Source: an uncultured Acidimicrobiaceae bacterium (lineage in GTDB: Bacteria > Actinomycetota > Acidimicrobiia > Acidimicrobiales > RAAP-2). Taken from it: DNA of 64,000 nt. The notes under the pieces are model-generated. The model had not been told where the DNA came from and ran no database searches. It was given only the letters and a program-made list of their open reading frames with translations. A program made the translations under genes and the position numbers. Shown here one piece after another: positions 56,259 through 64,000 of this stretch. Numbering within the stretch: the first letter of the stretch is position 1; each line of letters opens with the position of its first letter. The DNA lies in contig CAWBDF010000008.1 in assembly GCA_963787485.1 (NCBI GenBank), positions 23,755-87,754 of the forward strand. The letters are read 5' to 3'.

Positions 56259-57137
56259 TCAGCCCGGCGTCACGGTCACCGCGTTGGGGATGCTCACGTC
56301 GATCACGTCCCCGTCGTGGAGCGTGCCTCCGGCCAAAATGGACGAGACGTCCTCGTATTTGGCCTCGAGCTGGGTGGCCGACCCGATGTCCACCACCACG
56401 GGGGTGGTGAGGGACAGCTGCACCCACCCCGCCGGTTCGACCGTGACCGCCGTCACTTGGGAGACGAAGGAGGGCGGCAGCGTCGAGGCCACCCGGAGCC
56501 CGGCAGCGTCCCGGGCCGGCAGCACATTCCCGAGCGGGCCCGGCGGAGCAGGAACGCTGAGCAGCACCAAGCCTGGTGGCCGCGACGGCGTGGACGCCAG
56601 GACCCGTCCGTCGTTGCTGAGTGACGCCCAGGCTCCCCCATGTGTCTGGACGACGAATCGCGGGACCTCCTCGGAGACGACGACGTGCACGCCGTCGGGC
56701 CACGAGATCCGCACCGTCGCCGAGCGCACCCAGGGCAACTCCTCGATCCTGGCCGAGGCCCGCCCCGGATCCACGTCGAGCAGCGCCGGAGCGCCGTCCA
56801 GACCGGCCTGGTGGATCACCTGGGCCGCCGTTTCGTGGACCGCCCCGGTCACCGTCACGGACCGGGCGCCGAAGACCGGCGTGTGCAGCACGAACCAGGC
56901 CACGGCGACGAGTGTCAGGACCCCGAGGGCGACGACGAGCACCCGGAGACGGCGGCGTCCTTGGGCCCGATGGACCGCTCTCCGACGCGCCGAGACGCGG
57001 GGGTCGATCCGGGGACTCCCGCGTCGCCCGTCGCCGTCCCCTCCCGCGCCGGCGCTCGATGCCCACCCGCTCCGGGTTGAGCGACTCCGGCTCGGGTGGC
57101 TCCGGGTCGAACCACTCCGGGTGGCGGCCGGGCTCAT
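56259..57137 (-). CDS. ftsQ: cell division protein FtsQ/DivIB
   Basis: 292 aa: Arg-rich cytoplasmic N-terminus, one TM (LRVLVVALGVLTLVAVAWFVL), then POTRA-like FGARSVTVTGAVHETAAQV..VDPGRASARIEELPWVRSATVRISWPDGVHVVV. Confidence 0.85.
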   Translation of the reverse strand: MSPAATRSGSTRSHPSRSRSTRSGWASSAGAGGDGDGRRGSPRIDPRVSARRRAVHRAQGRRRLRVLVVALGVLTLVAVAWFVLHTPVFGARSVTVTGAVHETAAQVIHQAGLDGAPALLDVDPGRASARIEELPWVRSATVRISWPDGVHVVVSEEVPRFVVQTHGGAWASLSNDGRVLASTPSRPPGLVLLSVPAPPGPLGNVLPARDAAGLRVASTLPPSFVSQVTAVTVEPAGWVQLSLTTPVVVDIGSATQLEAKYEDVSSILAGGTLHDGDVIDVSIPNAVTVTPG

Positions 57138-57177
57138 CGTCGGCCTCCCGACATCCCGCCGAGCTCGTCTCGCTCAC

Positions 57178-58209
57178 TCACGCGCGCTCATTCCCCGGCA
57201 CGGCCTCAGTCTCATCGCCGTCGAAGCCCAAGAGGCGGACCTCCGGGCGCAACATCACCCCGCTCTGCTCGGCCACGATGCGGCGGACGTGTTCCATGAG
57301 GGCCCGCACGTCATCGGCACGGCCCGCCTTGTCGGCCTGAATGAAGTTGGCGTGCTTCTCCGACACCTTCGCCGACCCCAGCCTGAAGCCCTTGAGCCCC
57401 GCTGCTTCGATCAACCTCCCGGCGGCGTCACCCTCGGGGTTGGTGAACACCGATCCGGCGTTCGAGCCTCCGGGCTGATGCTCCCGGCGCCAGCGCACGA
57501 TGTCCGCGACGGCGGCCCGCTCCTCGTCCGCCGAACCGGGGGTCACGGCGAGGTCGGCCGAGACCACCACCTGCGAGGGCGTGAGGGAGGAGGACCGGTA
57601 GGCGTACTGGAGCCGGGCCGCCTCGTCGGTGCCCCCCATATCGCTCAGGAGGTCGACCCACGCGTAGTGCACCACGCAGGCCGCCATGTCCGATCCGTGA
57701 CCCCCGGCGTTCATGTGGACGGCGCCACCGACCGAGCCCGGTACGCCCACCGCCCACGACAGCCCCGACCAGCCGGCGTCGGCCAGTCGACGGGCGAGCA
57801 CCGGGAGGGCGACCGCGGCACCCGCGTGCACCACGACCCCGTCGCAAGCGGTCCCGCCGCGGGAGCGCACGCCGGTCACCTCGGGGGCGTGGCGAACCGG
57901 GTCGACACCCGCCGGGGGCAGGACCAGCTCGTTGAACCCCTGACCGAGGTGCAGCACCACACCGTCGAAGCCGCGATCGGAGACCAACAGGTTTGAGCCT
58001 CGTCCCAGCACGAAGATGGCCGGAGCCGGAGTGACCCGGCGGAGGGCGGCACGGATCGCCTGGAGGTCCTCGGGCGCCTCGACGTCCACGTAGAGCGCGG
58101 CCTCACCACCGACCCCGTAGGTGGTGAGCGGGCCCAGGGGCTTCATGACCGTGGCCCGGCTGCCGAGGACACGGGCCAGCGCATGGAGCTCACGCCGGAA
58201 GGTCGTCAC
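57178..58209 (-). CDS. murB: UDP-N-acetylenolpyruvoylglucosamine reductase
   Basis: 343 aa: ..PLGPLTTYGVGGEA..VLGRGSNLLVSD.GFDGVV..GVPGSVGGAVHMNAGGHG..AYRSS..GSNAGSVFTNP..AKVSEKHANFI. Confidence 0.93.
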   Translation of the reverse strand: MTTFRRELHALARVLGSRATVMKPLGPLTTYGVGGEAALYVDVEAPEDLQAIRAALRRVTPAPAIFVLGRGSNLLVSDRGFDGVVLHLGQGFNELVLPPAGVDPVRHAPEVTGVRSRGGTACDGVVVHAGAAVALPVLARRLADAGWSGLSWAVGVPGSVGGAVHMNAGGHGSDMAACVVHYAWVDLLSDMGGTDEAARLQYAYRSSSLTPSQVVVSADLAVTPGSADEERAAVADIVRWRREHQPGGSNAGSVFTNPEGDAAGRLIEAAGLKGFRLGSAKVSEKHANFIQADKAGRADDVRALMEHVRRIVAEQSGVMLRPEVRLLGFDGDETEAVPGNERA

Positions 58210-58216
58210 CTCTGCG

Positions 58217-59695
58217 TCACCAGCTGGGGGACTCGAGCAGCTCGTCGGGCAGCGTCGTGAGGTCGCCGGCCCCGAGGGTGAGGCACAGGTCGCCGGGACG
58301 GAGCAAGCTGGAGACCTTCCGGCGCAACTCGTCCCATCCGCCGGCGTAGGTCACGCCAAGGTCCGGGTCGTCCGCCCGAACGGCCTCGAGCACCAGACGG
58401 CCCGAGACGCCGGGCACCGGTCGCTCGCCGGCGCTGTACACGTCGGTCACGACGAGCAGGTCGGCATCGCCAAAGGCGCCACCGAATTGCGCGGCCAACG
58501 CCGCGGTGCGGGTGAAGCGGTGCGGTTGGAACACAGCGACCACCCTCGACCAGCCGCCACCTCGGGCCGTGGCCAGCGCGGCTCGGACCTCCGAGGGCAG
58601 ATGGGCGTAGTCGTCCACGAAGGTCACTCCTCGCGCCTCGCCGCGGAACTCGAAACGCCGAGGCACGCCGGCGAAGCGCTCGAGCGCGGCCTGGGCCGCT
58701 GGAAAGGGGGCTCCGGCACGGAGGGCGGCGATGGTGGCCACCGCGGCGTTGCGGGCGTTGTGCAGGCCCGGGACGCCAACCCGCAGGCGCCCGAGTATCC
58801 CCTCTGGCCCCTCCAAGGTGAAGGTCGCCGAGCTGCGCGAGAGGGCGAGATCACCCATGACGTAGGTGGCTCCCGCCGCCGTCCCCACCGATGTCGCCCC
58901 GTGCACCTGCCCGATCGCGAAGGCCTCCGGATCGTCGGCGCCCACCACCGCACCGCGACGGGCTGCGGCGACGAACCCCGCAAAGGCCTCCTTGAGGACC
59001 TCGAAGGTGCCGTAGTGGTCCAGGTGGTCCGCCTCGACGTTGGTGAGAACGGCGATGTCAGGTGTGATGGAACGGAACGTCCCGTAGCTCTCGTCGGCCT
59101 CCACGACGAGCCACGGCCCGGTGTCCCACACGGCGTTGGTGCCGATCTCGTTCACGTCAGCTCCGATGACGAACGATGGGCGCATTCCCGCCTCCACCAG
59201 GATCAACGACAACATCGAGGCCGTCGTCGTCTTCCCGTGGGTGCCGGCAACGGCCAGGCACGCCCGGGTGGCACAGAGGGCGGCGAGGATCTCAGGCCGG
59301 GGCACGATCTCGGCGTCTCGAGCCCGAGCCTCCGTCAGCTCCACGTTGTCGACGGGAACGGCGGGCGAGTACGTGACCACCTCAGCACCCGCGACGTTCT
59401 CGGCGCGGTGCCCGACGACGACGCCGATCCCGTGCGACCGCAGCCGTTCCGCCAGCGGAGAGTCCTTGAGGTCCGACCCGGAGACGTGGTGACCCATCTC
59501 TTGGAGCACGAGGGCGATCGCGCTCATGCCGGCTCCCCCGATGCCCACCACGTGGATGCGGCGAGGGGCCGCCCCGAGGTCGAGCGGCCGCGTCGCCGGC
59601 CCCGGCGACGACGGACCCCGAAGCGCACCTTCAGCTGGGGCCCGCGCTCCGGCGGGGTCCGCCGGGCCGCTCGAGTCGGCGCGATCAGCGGGCAT
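58217..59695 (-). CDS. murC: UDP-N-acetylmuramate-L-alanine ligase
   Basis: From ATG 59693-59695: ..IHVVGIGGAGMSAIALVLQEMGHHVSGSD..VAGTHGKTTTASML..DESYGTF..; overlaps the murG 3' end by 11 nt. Confidence 0.93.
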   Translation of the reverse strand: MPADRADSSGPADPAGARAPAEGALRGPSSPGPATRPLDLGAAPRRIHVVGIGGAGMSAIALVLQEMGHHVSGSDLKDSPLAERLRSHGIGVVVGHRAENVAGAEVVTYSPAVPVDNVELTEARARDAEIVPRPEILAALCATRACLAVAGTHGKTTTASMLSLILVEAGMRPSFVIGADVNEIGTNAVWDTGPWLVVEADESYGTFRSITPDIAVLTNVEADHLDHYGTFEVLKEAFAGFVAAARRGAVVGADDPEAFAIGQVHGATSVGTAAGATYVMGDLALSRSSATFTLEGPEGILGRLRVGVPGLHNARNAAVATIAALRAGAPFPAAQAALERFAGVPRRFEFRGEARGVTFVDDYAHLPSEVRAALATARGGGWSRVVAVFQPHRFTRTAALAAQFGGAFGDADLLVVTDVYSAGERPVPGVSGRLVLEAVRADDPDLGVTYAGGWDELRRKVSSLLRPGDLCLTLGAGDLTTLPDELLESPSW

Positions 59696-60866
59696 GGGCG
59701 TCGACGAGCTCGGCCACCTGGTCGGCCGCGTCGGCGTGCGCCAGCCCACGGGCAGCCTGGCGCATGGCCTGGAGGCGTGGTGGGTCGGCGAGCAGGGCGT
59801 CGAGCTCCCGGGCCAGGCGGCGCCCGTCGCACTCCTCGTCGGGCACCAGGACGGCAGCCCCCACGTCGACCAGGGCGCGTGCGTTCCTCGTCTGGTGGTC
59901 GCGCGGGGCGCCGGGCAAGGGGACGAGGATGGCCGGGACCCCGGCCACCAACAGCTCGGCCACGGTCATGGCCCCCGACCGGGTCACGCACACGTCCGCG
60001 GCGCCGTAGAGCTGTGGCATCCGGTCCTCGAAGGGGACGACACGCCGGCACAACCCCCGGTTGTTCGGGCCGAGGCCGAGCTCGCCAGCGGAGCGGTGAC
60101 CCGCCCTCTGGCCAGGGCCGATGCCGACCGTGGCGAACGCGTCGTAGTCACGCCGACCCGTGACGTGGTAGAGCGTGCGGTCGGCGCACCCGGACCACAG
60201 GTCGGCCAGCTCGGACATGGCGCGGTTGAGTCGTCGGGCGCCGAGCGATCCGCCCACCGCAGCGACCGTGGCGCGGTGCGCAGGGAGACCCAACGCCGCC
60301 CGGCTCTCGGCCCGGCGCCGGGCCTCGGGCTGCTCCGCGCTGCGGGCCAGCTCCGGGCGGACCGGCGTTCCGGTGACCCGCGATCGGGGCAACCCGGTCC
60401 CCGGAAAGGCCACGGCGTTGGCCACGGCGAAGCGAGCGAGGACTCCATTCACGGCGCCGGGCACGGCGTCGGTCGTCATCGAGACCAGGGGCACCCTGGT
60501 CAGCACGGCGGCCAGACCGGCGGGAAAGCTGGCGTACCCGCCCACGACGACCACGGCCCGGGGCCGACGGGCCAGGAACGACGACACGGCGAGGACGCAC
60601 GCCCACGCCAGCCCGAGGACGGCTCCGCCATTGGCCCACCAGGTCGAGGGGCGCAGGCTCCGCCGCACGCCCCGGCCGGGCAAGAGGGTGAAGGGGAATT
60701 CGAGGCCGGGCCACGTGGCGGCCTCCTGCCCGCGGCGCGAGCCGTACAGCTCAATCGTATCCGGTGCGTGGCCCCGGGCCACCAGGGCCCGGGCGATCTG
60801 GAGTGAAGGGACGATGTGCCCGCCCGTCCCGCCACCGGCGACCACCGTGCGGAGCCGAGCGCTCAC
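59685..60866 (-). CDS. murG: undecaprenyldiphospho-muramoylpentapeptide beta-N-acetylglucosaminyltransferase
   Basis: From GTG 60864-60866 (GTGA overlap with ftsW): VSARLRTVVAGGGTGGHIVPSLQIA..VGGYASFP..GGSLGARRLN..VTRSGAMTVAELLVAGVPAILVPLP..DHQTRNA. Confidence 0.93.
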   Translation of the reverse strand: MSARLRTVVAGGGTGGHIVPSLQIARALVARGHAPDTIELYGSRRGQEAATWPGLEFPFTLLPGRGVRRSLRPSTWWANGGAVLGLAWACVLAVSSFLARRPRAVVVVGGYASFPAGLAAVLTRVPLVSMTTDAVPGAVNGVLARFAVANAVAFPGTGLPRSRVTGTPVRPELARSAEQPEARRRAESRAALGLPAHRATVAAVGGSLGARRLNRAMSELADLWSGCADRTLYHVTGRRDYDAFATVGIGPGQRAGHRSAGELGLGPNNRGLCRRVVPFEDRMPQLYGAADVCVTRSGAMTVAELLVAGVPAILVPLPGAPRDHQTRNARALVDVGAAVLVPDEECDGRRLARELDALLADPPRLQAMRQAARGLAHADAADQVAELVDAHAR

Positions 60867-62131
60867 CGATTCCGGGCCGCGCCCAACCGCATGCCCGAAC
60901 CCCTCGGCTCCGTCTCCCCGCGGCGCGCCACGTTGATCAGCATGCCAGCCGCCGCCATCGTGATGACCAGGGACGAGCCACCGAACGAAATGAACGGCAG
61001 GGGGATCCCGGTGACGGGGAGGACGCCCACCACGGCACCGACGTTGATCAGCGTCTCGGACGCCACCCAGGCCGCCAGTCCGATCCCGAGCAGCGCCCCG
61101 AAGCGGTCGGGTGCCTGCGTGGCCGCCCGTAGCCCGAGCCACACGAAGGCCGACAGCAGGCCGAGGACAGCCAGTGCGCCGACGAGTCCCAGCTGCTCGC
61201 CGATGACCGAGAAGATGAAGTCGGTGTGCGCGTTGGGCAGGAAGCCCCACTGCACCTGCCCGCCACCGATCCCGGTACCGACGTAGTGGCCCGAGCCCAG
61301 CCCGATCAGCGACTGCATCACCTGGTACCCCGAGCCCGACGAGTGTGCCGAGGGGTTCATGAAAGAGAGCAACCTGGCCCGGCGGTACGGTGAGGCCACC
61401 GCCACGATCAGGGCCAAGCCGGCCAGGGCGGCCATCACCTTCATCACCGGACCCAGACGGACCCCCGAGACGAACAACATGGCCAGGGCGACGACGCCGA
61501 GCACCATCGCCGTCCCCATGTCGGGTTGGGCCAGGATCAGGACACAGGCCAGCCCAGTGGCCAGGATCAGCGGGCCCATGATGCGACGGTCGCTGGAGTC
61601 CTCGTCGAGGCGCCGCGTGATGAAGTCGGCGGCGAAGAGGACCAGGGCCAGCTTCATCAGCTCCGACGGCTGGAGCCGGAGCTGGCCGAAGCCGATCCAG
61701 CGGCTCGACCCCATGGCGTGCACGCCGAGCCCCGGGACCAGCACCACGAACAGGAGGCCCATGGAGATCACCAGGAGCACGGGGCTCACCCGCCGCAGCC
61801 GGCGGTAGTCGAGCCGCACCGTGCCCCACAGCGCGACCAAGCCGATGGCCATCCACATGACCTCCCGCAGGAGGATGGCCCACGGAGTGCCGTAGGTGGA
61901 GATCGACACCACCGACGACGCGGATCCCACCATCACCAGCCCGGTCACGCAGAGCAGGCCCACGTCGACGAGCAGCAACGTGGATACGGACAGGTGGACA
62001 CCGGCGATCGTCACTCCGCGCGTTCCGCCCTGCGCCAGGCTCGCCCGCGGCGGAGCGGAGCGCAACGTCCTGTGCGGCTGGCGCAGGTGCGGGTGCGCGC
62101 GCCCACCAGAGCGGTCCGACACCCGATGCAT
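60863..62131 (-). CDS. ftsW: SEDS family peptidoglycan glycosyltransferase / lipid II flippase FtsW
   Basis: Polytopic: ..RLQPSELMKLALVLFAADF..QPDMGTAMV..AHTDFIFSVIGEQLGLVGA..LPVTGIPLPFISFGGSSL. ATG 62131 has GGGAGGA 9 nt upstream; the track uses TTG 62140. Confidence 0.92.
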   Translation of the reverse strand: MHRVSDRSGGRAHPHLRQPHRTLRSAPPRASLAQGGTRGVTIAGVHLSVSTLLLVDVGLLCVTGLVMVGSASSVVSISTYGTPWAILLREVMWMAIGLVALWGTVRLDYRRLRRVSPVLLVISMGLLFVVLVPGLGVHAMGSSRWIGFGQLRLQPSELMKLALVLFAADFITRRLDEDSSDRRIMGPLILATGLACVLILAQPDMGTAMVLGVVALAMLFVSGVRLGPVMKVMAALAGLALIVAVASPYRRARLLSFMNPSAHSSGSGYQVMQSLIGLGSGHYVGTGIGGGQVQWGFLPNAHTDFIFSVIGEQLGLVGALAVLGLLSAFVWLGLRAATQAPDRFGALLGIGLAAWVASETLINVGAVVGVLPVTGIPLPFISFGGSSLVITMAAAGMLINVARRGETEPRGSGMRLGAARNR

Positions 62132-62171
62132 TGCCCTCAATCCTCCCCCAATGCGACGGCCAAGTGGCGGA

Positions 62172-63212
62172 TCACGTGAACTTCGCCACCGTGAGGAAGT
62201 CGCCGTAGAAGATGCCGAGGCCCAACGCGCAGAAGAGGCCGCCCAGAATCCAGAAGCGGACGATCACCGTGGTCTCGGGCCACCCGGCGAGCTCGAAGTG
62301 GTGGTGGATGGGCGCCATGCGGAAGATGCGCCGGCCGAACACCCGGAAGCTGATCACCTGCAAGATCACCGACACCGTCTCCATGACGAAGAGGCCCCCG
62401 ATGACCACCAGCAGCAGGTCGAGGTTGAGCAGCAGGCAGAGCGCGGCCAGCCCGGCCCCGATGGACAACGACCCGGTGTCGCCCATGATGATCTTGGCCG
62501 GGGCGGCGTTCCACCACAAGAACCCGATGCAGGCCCCCGCCAGCGCCACCGAGACGAGCGACAGGTCGATGGCCGAGGCGGGGAGCACGTGGTAGATGGC
62601 CACGTGCCGGAAGATCCAGTACCCCATGATCGAGAGCACGAAGAAGCAGAAGGTTCCCGCTCCGGCCGCCAACCCGTCCACTCCGTCGGTGATGTTGACC
62701 GCGTTGGACGCCCCGACCATGACCAGGACGGCGAAGATGACCCAGCCCACCTTGCCCAGGTTGATGCCGAGCGCGTCGGCCCGGGTGAAGGAGAGGGCGG
62801 TCGACGTGTGCGCCCACTGCACCGCCAGGATGGCGAAGACCAGCGCGCAGATCAGCTGCGCCGCCGACTTGCCGCGCTTGTTCAGCCCGAGGCTCCGGCG
62901 GTGGCGAACCTTGATGGAATCGTCGAGATAGCCGATGAGCCCGAAGGCCACCACGACACCGACCGCCAGGTAGCCGGTGCGCGAGAAGCGGATCTCGGTG
63001 CCGATGTGGCCCACGGCGTATCCCAGCACGACCGATCCCACGATGGCGATTCCGCCCATCGTGGGCGTGCCGGCCTTGGCCACGTGGCTCGCCGGACCGT
63101 CTTCGCGGATGTGCTGGCCGATCTGGTGACTGCGGAAGTAGCGGATCAGGAACGGGGTGGAGAGGATGGCGATCCACAGCGCCACGCCTCCCGAGACGAG
63201 CAGTCCGAGCAC
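62172..63212 (-). CDS. mraY: phospho-N-acetylmuramoyl-pentapeptide transferase
   Basis: From GTG 63210-63212: ..GTPTMGGI..GYLDDSIKV..NAVNITDGVDGLAAG..IMGDTGSLSIGAGLA..APIHHHFELAGW. Confidence 0.95.
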   Translation of the reverse strand: MLGLLVSGGVALWIAILSTPFLIRYFRSHQIGQHIREDGPASHVAKAGTPTMGGIAIVGSVVLGYAVGHIGTEIRFSRTGYLAVGVVVAFGLIGYLDDSIKVRHRRSLGLNKRGKSAAQLICALVFAILAVQWAHTSTALSFTRADALGINLGKVGWVIFAVLVMVGASNAVNITDGVDGLAAGAGTFCFFVLSIMGYWIFRHVAIYHVLPASAIDLSLVSVALAGACIGFLWWNAAPAKIIMGDTGSLSIGAGLAALCLLLNLDLLLVVIGGLFVMETVSVILQVISFRVFGRRIFRMAPIHHHFELAGWPETTVIVRFWILGGLFCALGLGIFYGDFLTVAKFT

Positions 63213-63219
63213 GCCGCCC

Positions 63220-64000
63220 TCAGGACTCCGGCCCGGCCACGCTCCCGGCGGAACCGAAACGGGCCGACAGGGCGCGGCGCGCCTCGACCACGTCGTCGAA
63301 AGGGAGCCGTCGGTCACCCACCTCCTGGGTGGTCTCGTGTCCCTTTCCGGCCACGACGATCACGTCTCCGGGCTGGGCCGAATCGAGGGCGCGGCGGATC
63401 GCCGTCCCGCGGTCGGGCTCCACGACGACCCCCTCGACACCGCGCATGCCCGTGAGGACGTCGGCGATGATCGCCTCGGGTTCTTCGGTGCGGGGGTTGT
63501 CCGAGGTGAGGACGGCCAGGTCGCTCAGGCGCGACGCCACTTCGCCCATGAGGGGCCGCTTGGCGCGGTCGCGGTCTCCCCCGCATCCGAACACGCACAC
63601 CACCCGGCCCGTGGCCACGCCGACCCCATCGCCGACGGCCGACCCGACCGCCAGTCGACGTGCCTCCCTGAGGACCACCTCCAGGCCCGCCGGCGTGTGG
63701 GCGTAGTCCACGATCACCGTGAACGAGGGAGTCTCTGAACGGTCGGTGCCGTCGGCAAGCCCGGCTGACCGTGTCGGGGGTGCGATCACCACCTGCATCC
63801 GGCCCGGCACGGGGTTCACCCGACCCAGGGCATGGCTGATTTCTTCCACGCTGAGCCCCAGCTCCTCGACAGCCAGGGCCGCTTCGGCTGCCAGCAGGGT
63901 GTTGTCGACGTTGACGGCTCCCGTCAAAGGGGTGACGACCCGCTGACCCCGCCAGGTGAAGGAGGTGTGGCCGGGCTGCAGGACGATGTCGGTGGCGTCG
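63220..64000 (-). CDS. murE: UDP-N-acetylmuramoyl-L-alanyl-D-glutamate-2,6-diaminopimelate ligase; C-terminal part, gene runs off the right edge
   Basis: ..LTGAVNVDNTLLAAEAAL..VDYAHTPAGLEVVL..VFGCGGDRDRAKRPLMG..LTSDNPRTEEP..AGKGHETTQ... The TSDNPR/GKGHE signatures are MurE-type, not MurF. The frame stays open upstream of the track start to position 64000. Confidence 0.9.
   Translation of the reverse strand, partial: DATDIVLQPGHTSFTWRGQRVVTPLTGAVNVDNTLLAAEAALAVEELGLSVEEISHALGRVNPVPGRMQVVIAPPTRSAGLADGTDRSETPSFTVIVDYAHTPAGLEVVLREARRLAVGSAVGDGVGVATGRVVCVFGCGGDRDRAKRPLMGEVASRLSDLAVLTSDNPRTEEPEAIIADVLTGMRGVEGVVVEPDRGTAIRRALDSAQPGDVIVVAGKGHETTQEVGDRRLPFDDVVEARRALSARFGSAGSVAGPES

Overview
Densely coded, very GC-rich (not computed) chromosomal segment. 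Gene content and order are typical of Actinomycetota: mIHF, PyrR, Bpa, SepF/DivIVA and menaquinone genes. All homology calls come from motifs I recognise in the translations; no searches were run. I saw no rRNA, tRNA, CRISPR array, transposase or integrase.

Layout:
- 1-23.6 kb: one long minus-strand housekeeping run, ribD-rpe-tam-fmt-def-priA-metK-coaBC-rpoZ-gmk-mihF-pyrF-pyrD-carB-carA-pyrC-pyrB-pyrR-nusB-efp-pepQ-aroQ-aroB-aroK-aroC.
- 23.6-33.5 kb: mixed or accessory patch. It holds an Nfu-like Fe-S protein, a Cys-rich hypothetical, a Zn-ADH, an amidohydrolase, two small ORFs, a flavin reductase, a lipoprotein, tyrS, a carotenoid-cleavage oxygenase and a DUF222/HNH (REP13E12-like) gene.
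- 33-40.8 kb: menaquinone cluster menD/menH/menA/menB/menE plus a YyaL-like thioredoxin-domain protein.
- 40.8-42.3 kb: two convergent hypotheticals.
- 42.4-50.2 kb: dnaE, bpa, an alkaline-phosphatase-family gene, rrf2, a histidine phosphatase and a sigma factor.
- 50.2-64 kb: rluD-like, lspA, a DksA/TraR-type protein and the cell-division/dcw cluster divIVA-yggT-sepF-yggS-ftsZ-ftsQ-murB-murC-murG-ftsW-mraY-murE.

Main hunt results:
1. A recurrent TANNNT hexamer sits 6-8 nt upstream of the start codon at about 10 operon heads, the architecture expected for leaderless mRNAs. One case is a 21-bp menB/menE spacer with overlapping face-to-face -10 elements.
2. Five single-base frameshifts split otherwise well-conserved genes (priA, pyrD, aroC, menD, AP-family). 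Together these look like sequence error rather than biology.
3. The dcw cluster lacks murF and murD.
4. A PyrR-binding hairpin abuts the pyrR ribosome-binding site.
5. A DksA/TraR zinc-finger protein carries a long Lys/Ala-rich histone-like N-terminal tail.
6. A DUF222-HNH gene and menD overlap 3'-to-3' with no native stop codon at the junction.
7. There are several uncharacterised small or hypothetical genes.

I did not find a clear multi-gene novel system. The candidates above are reported with modest scores.
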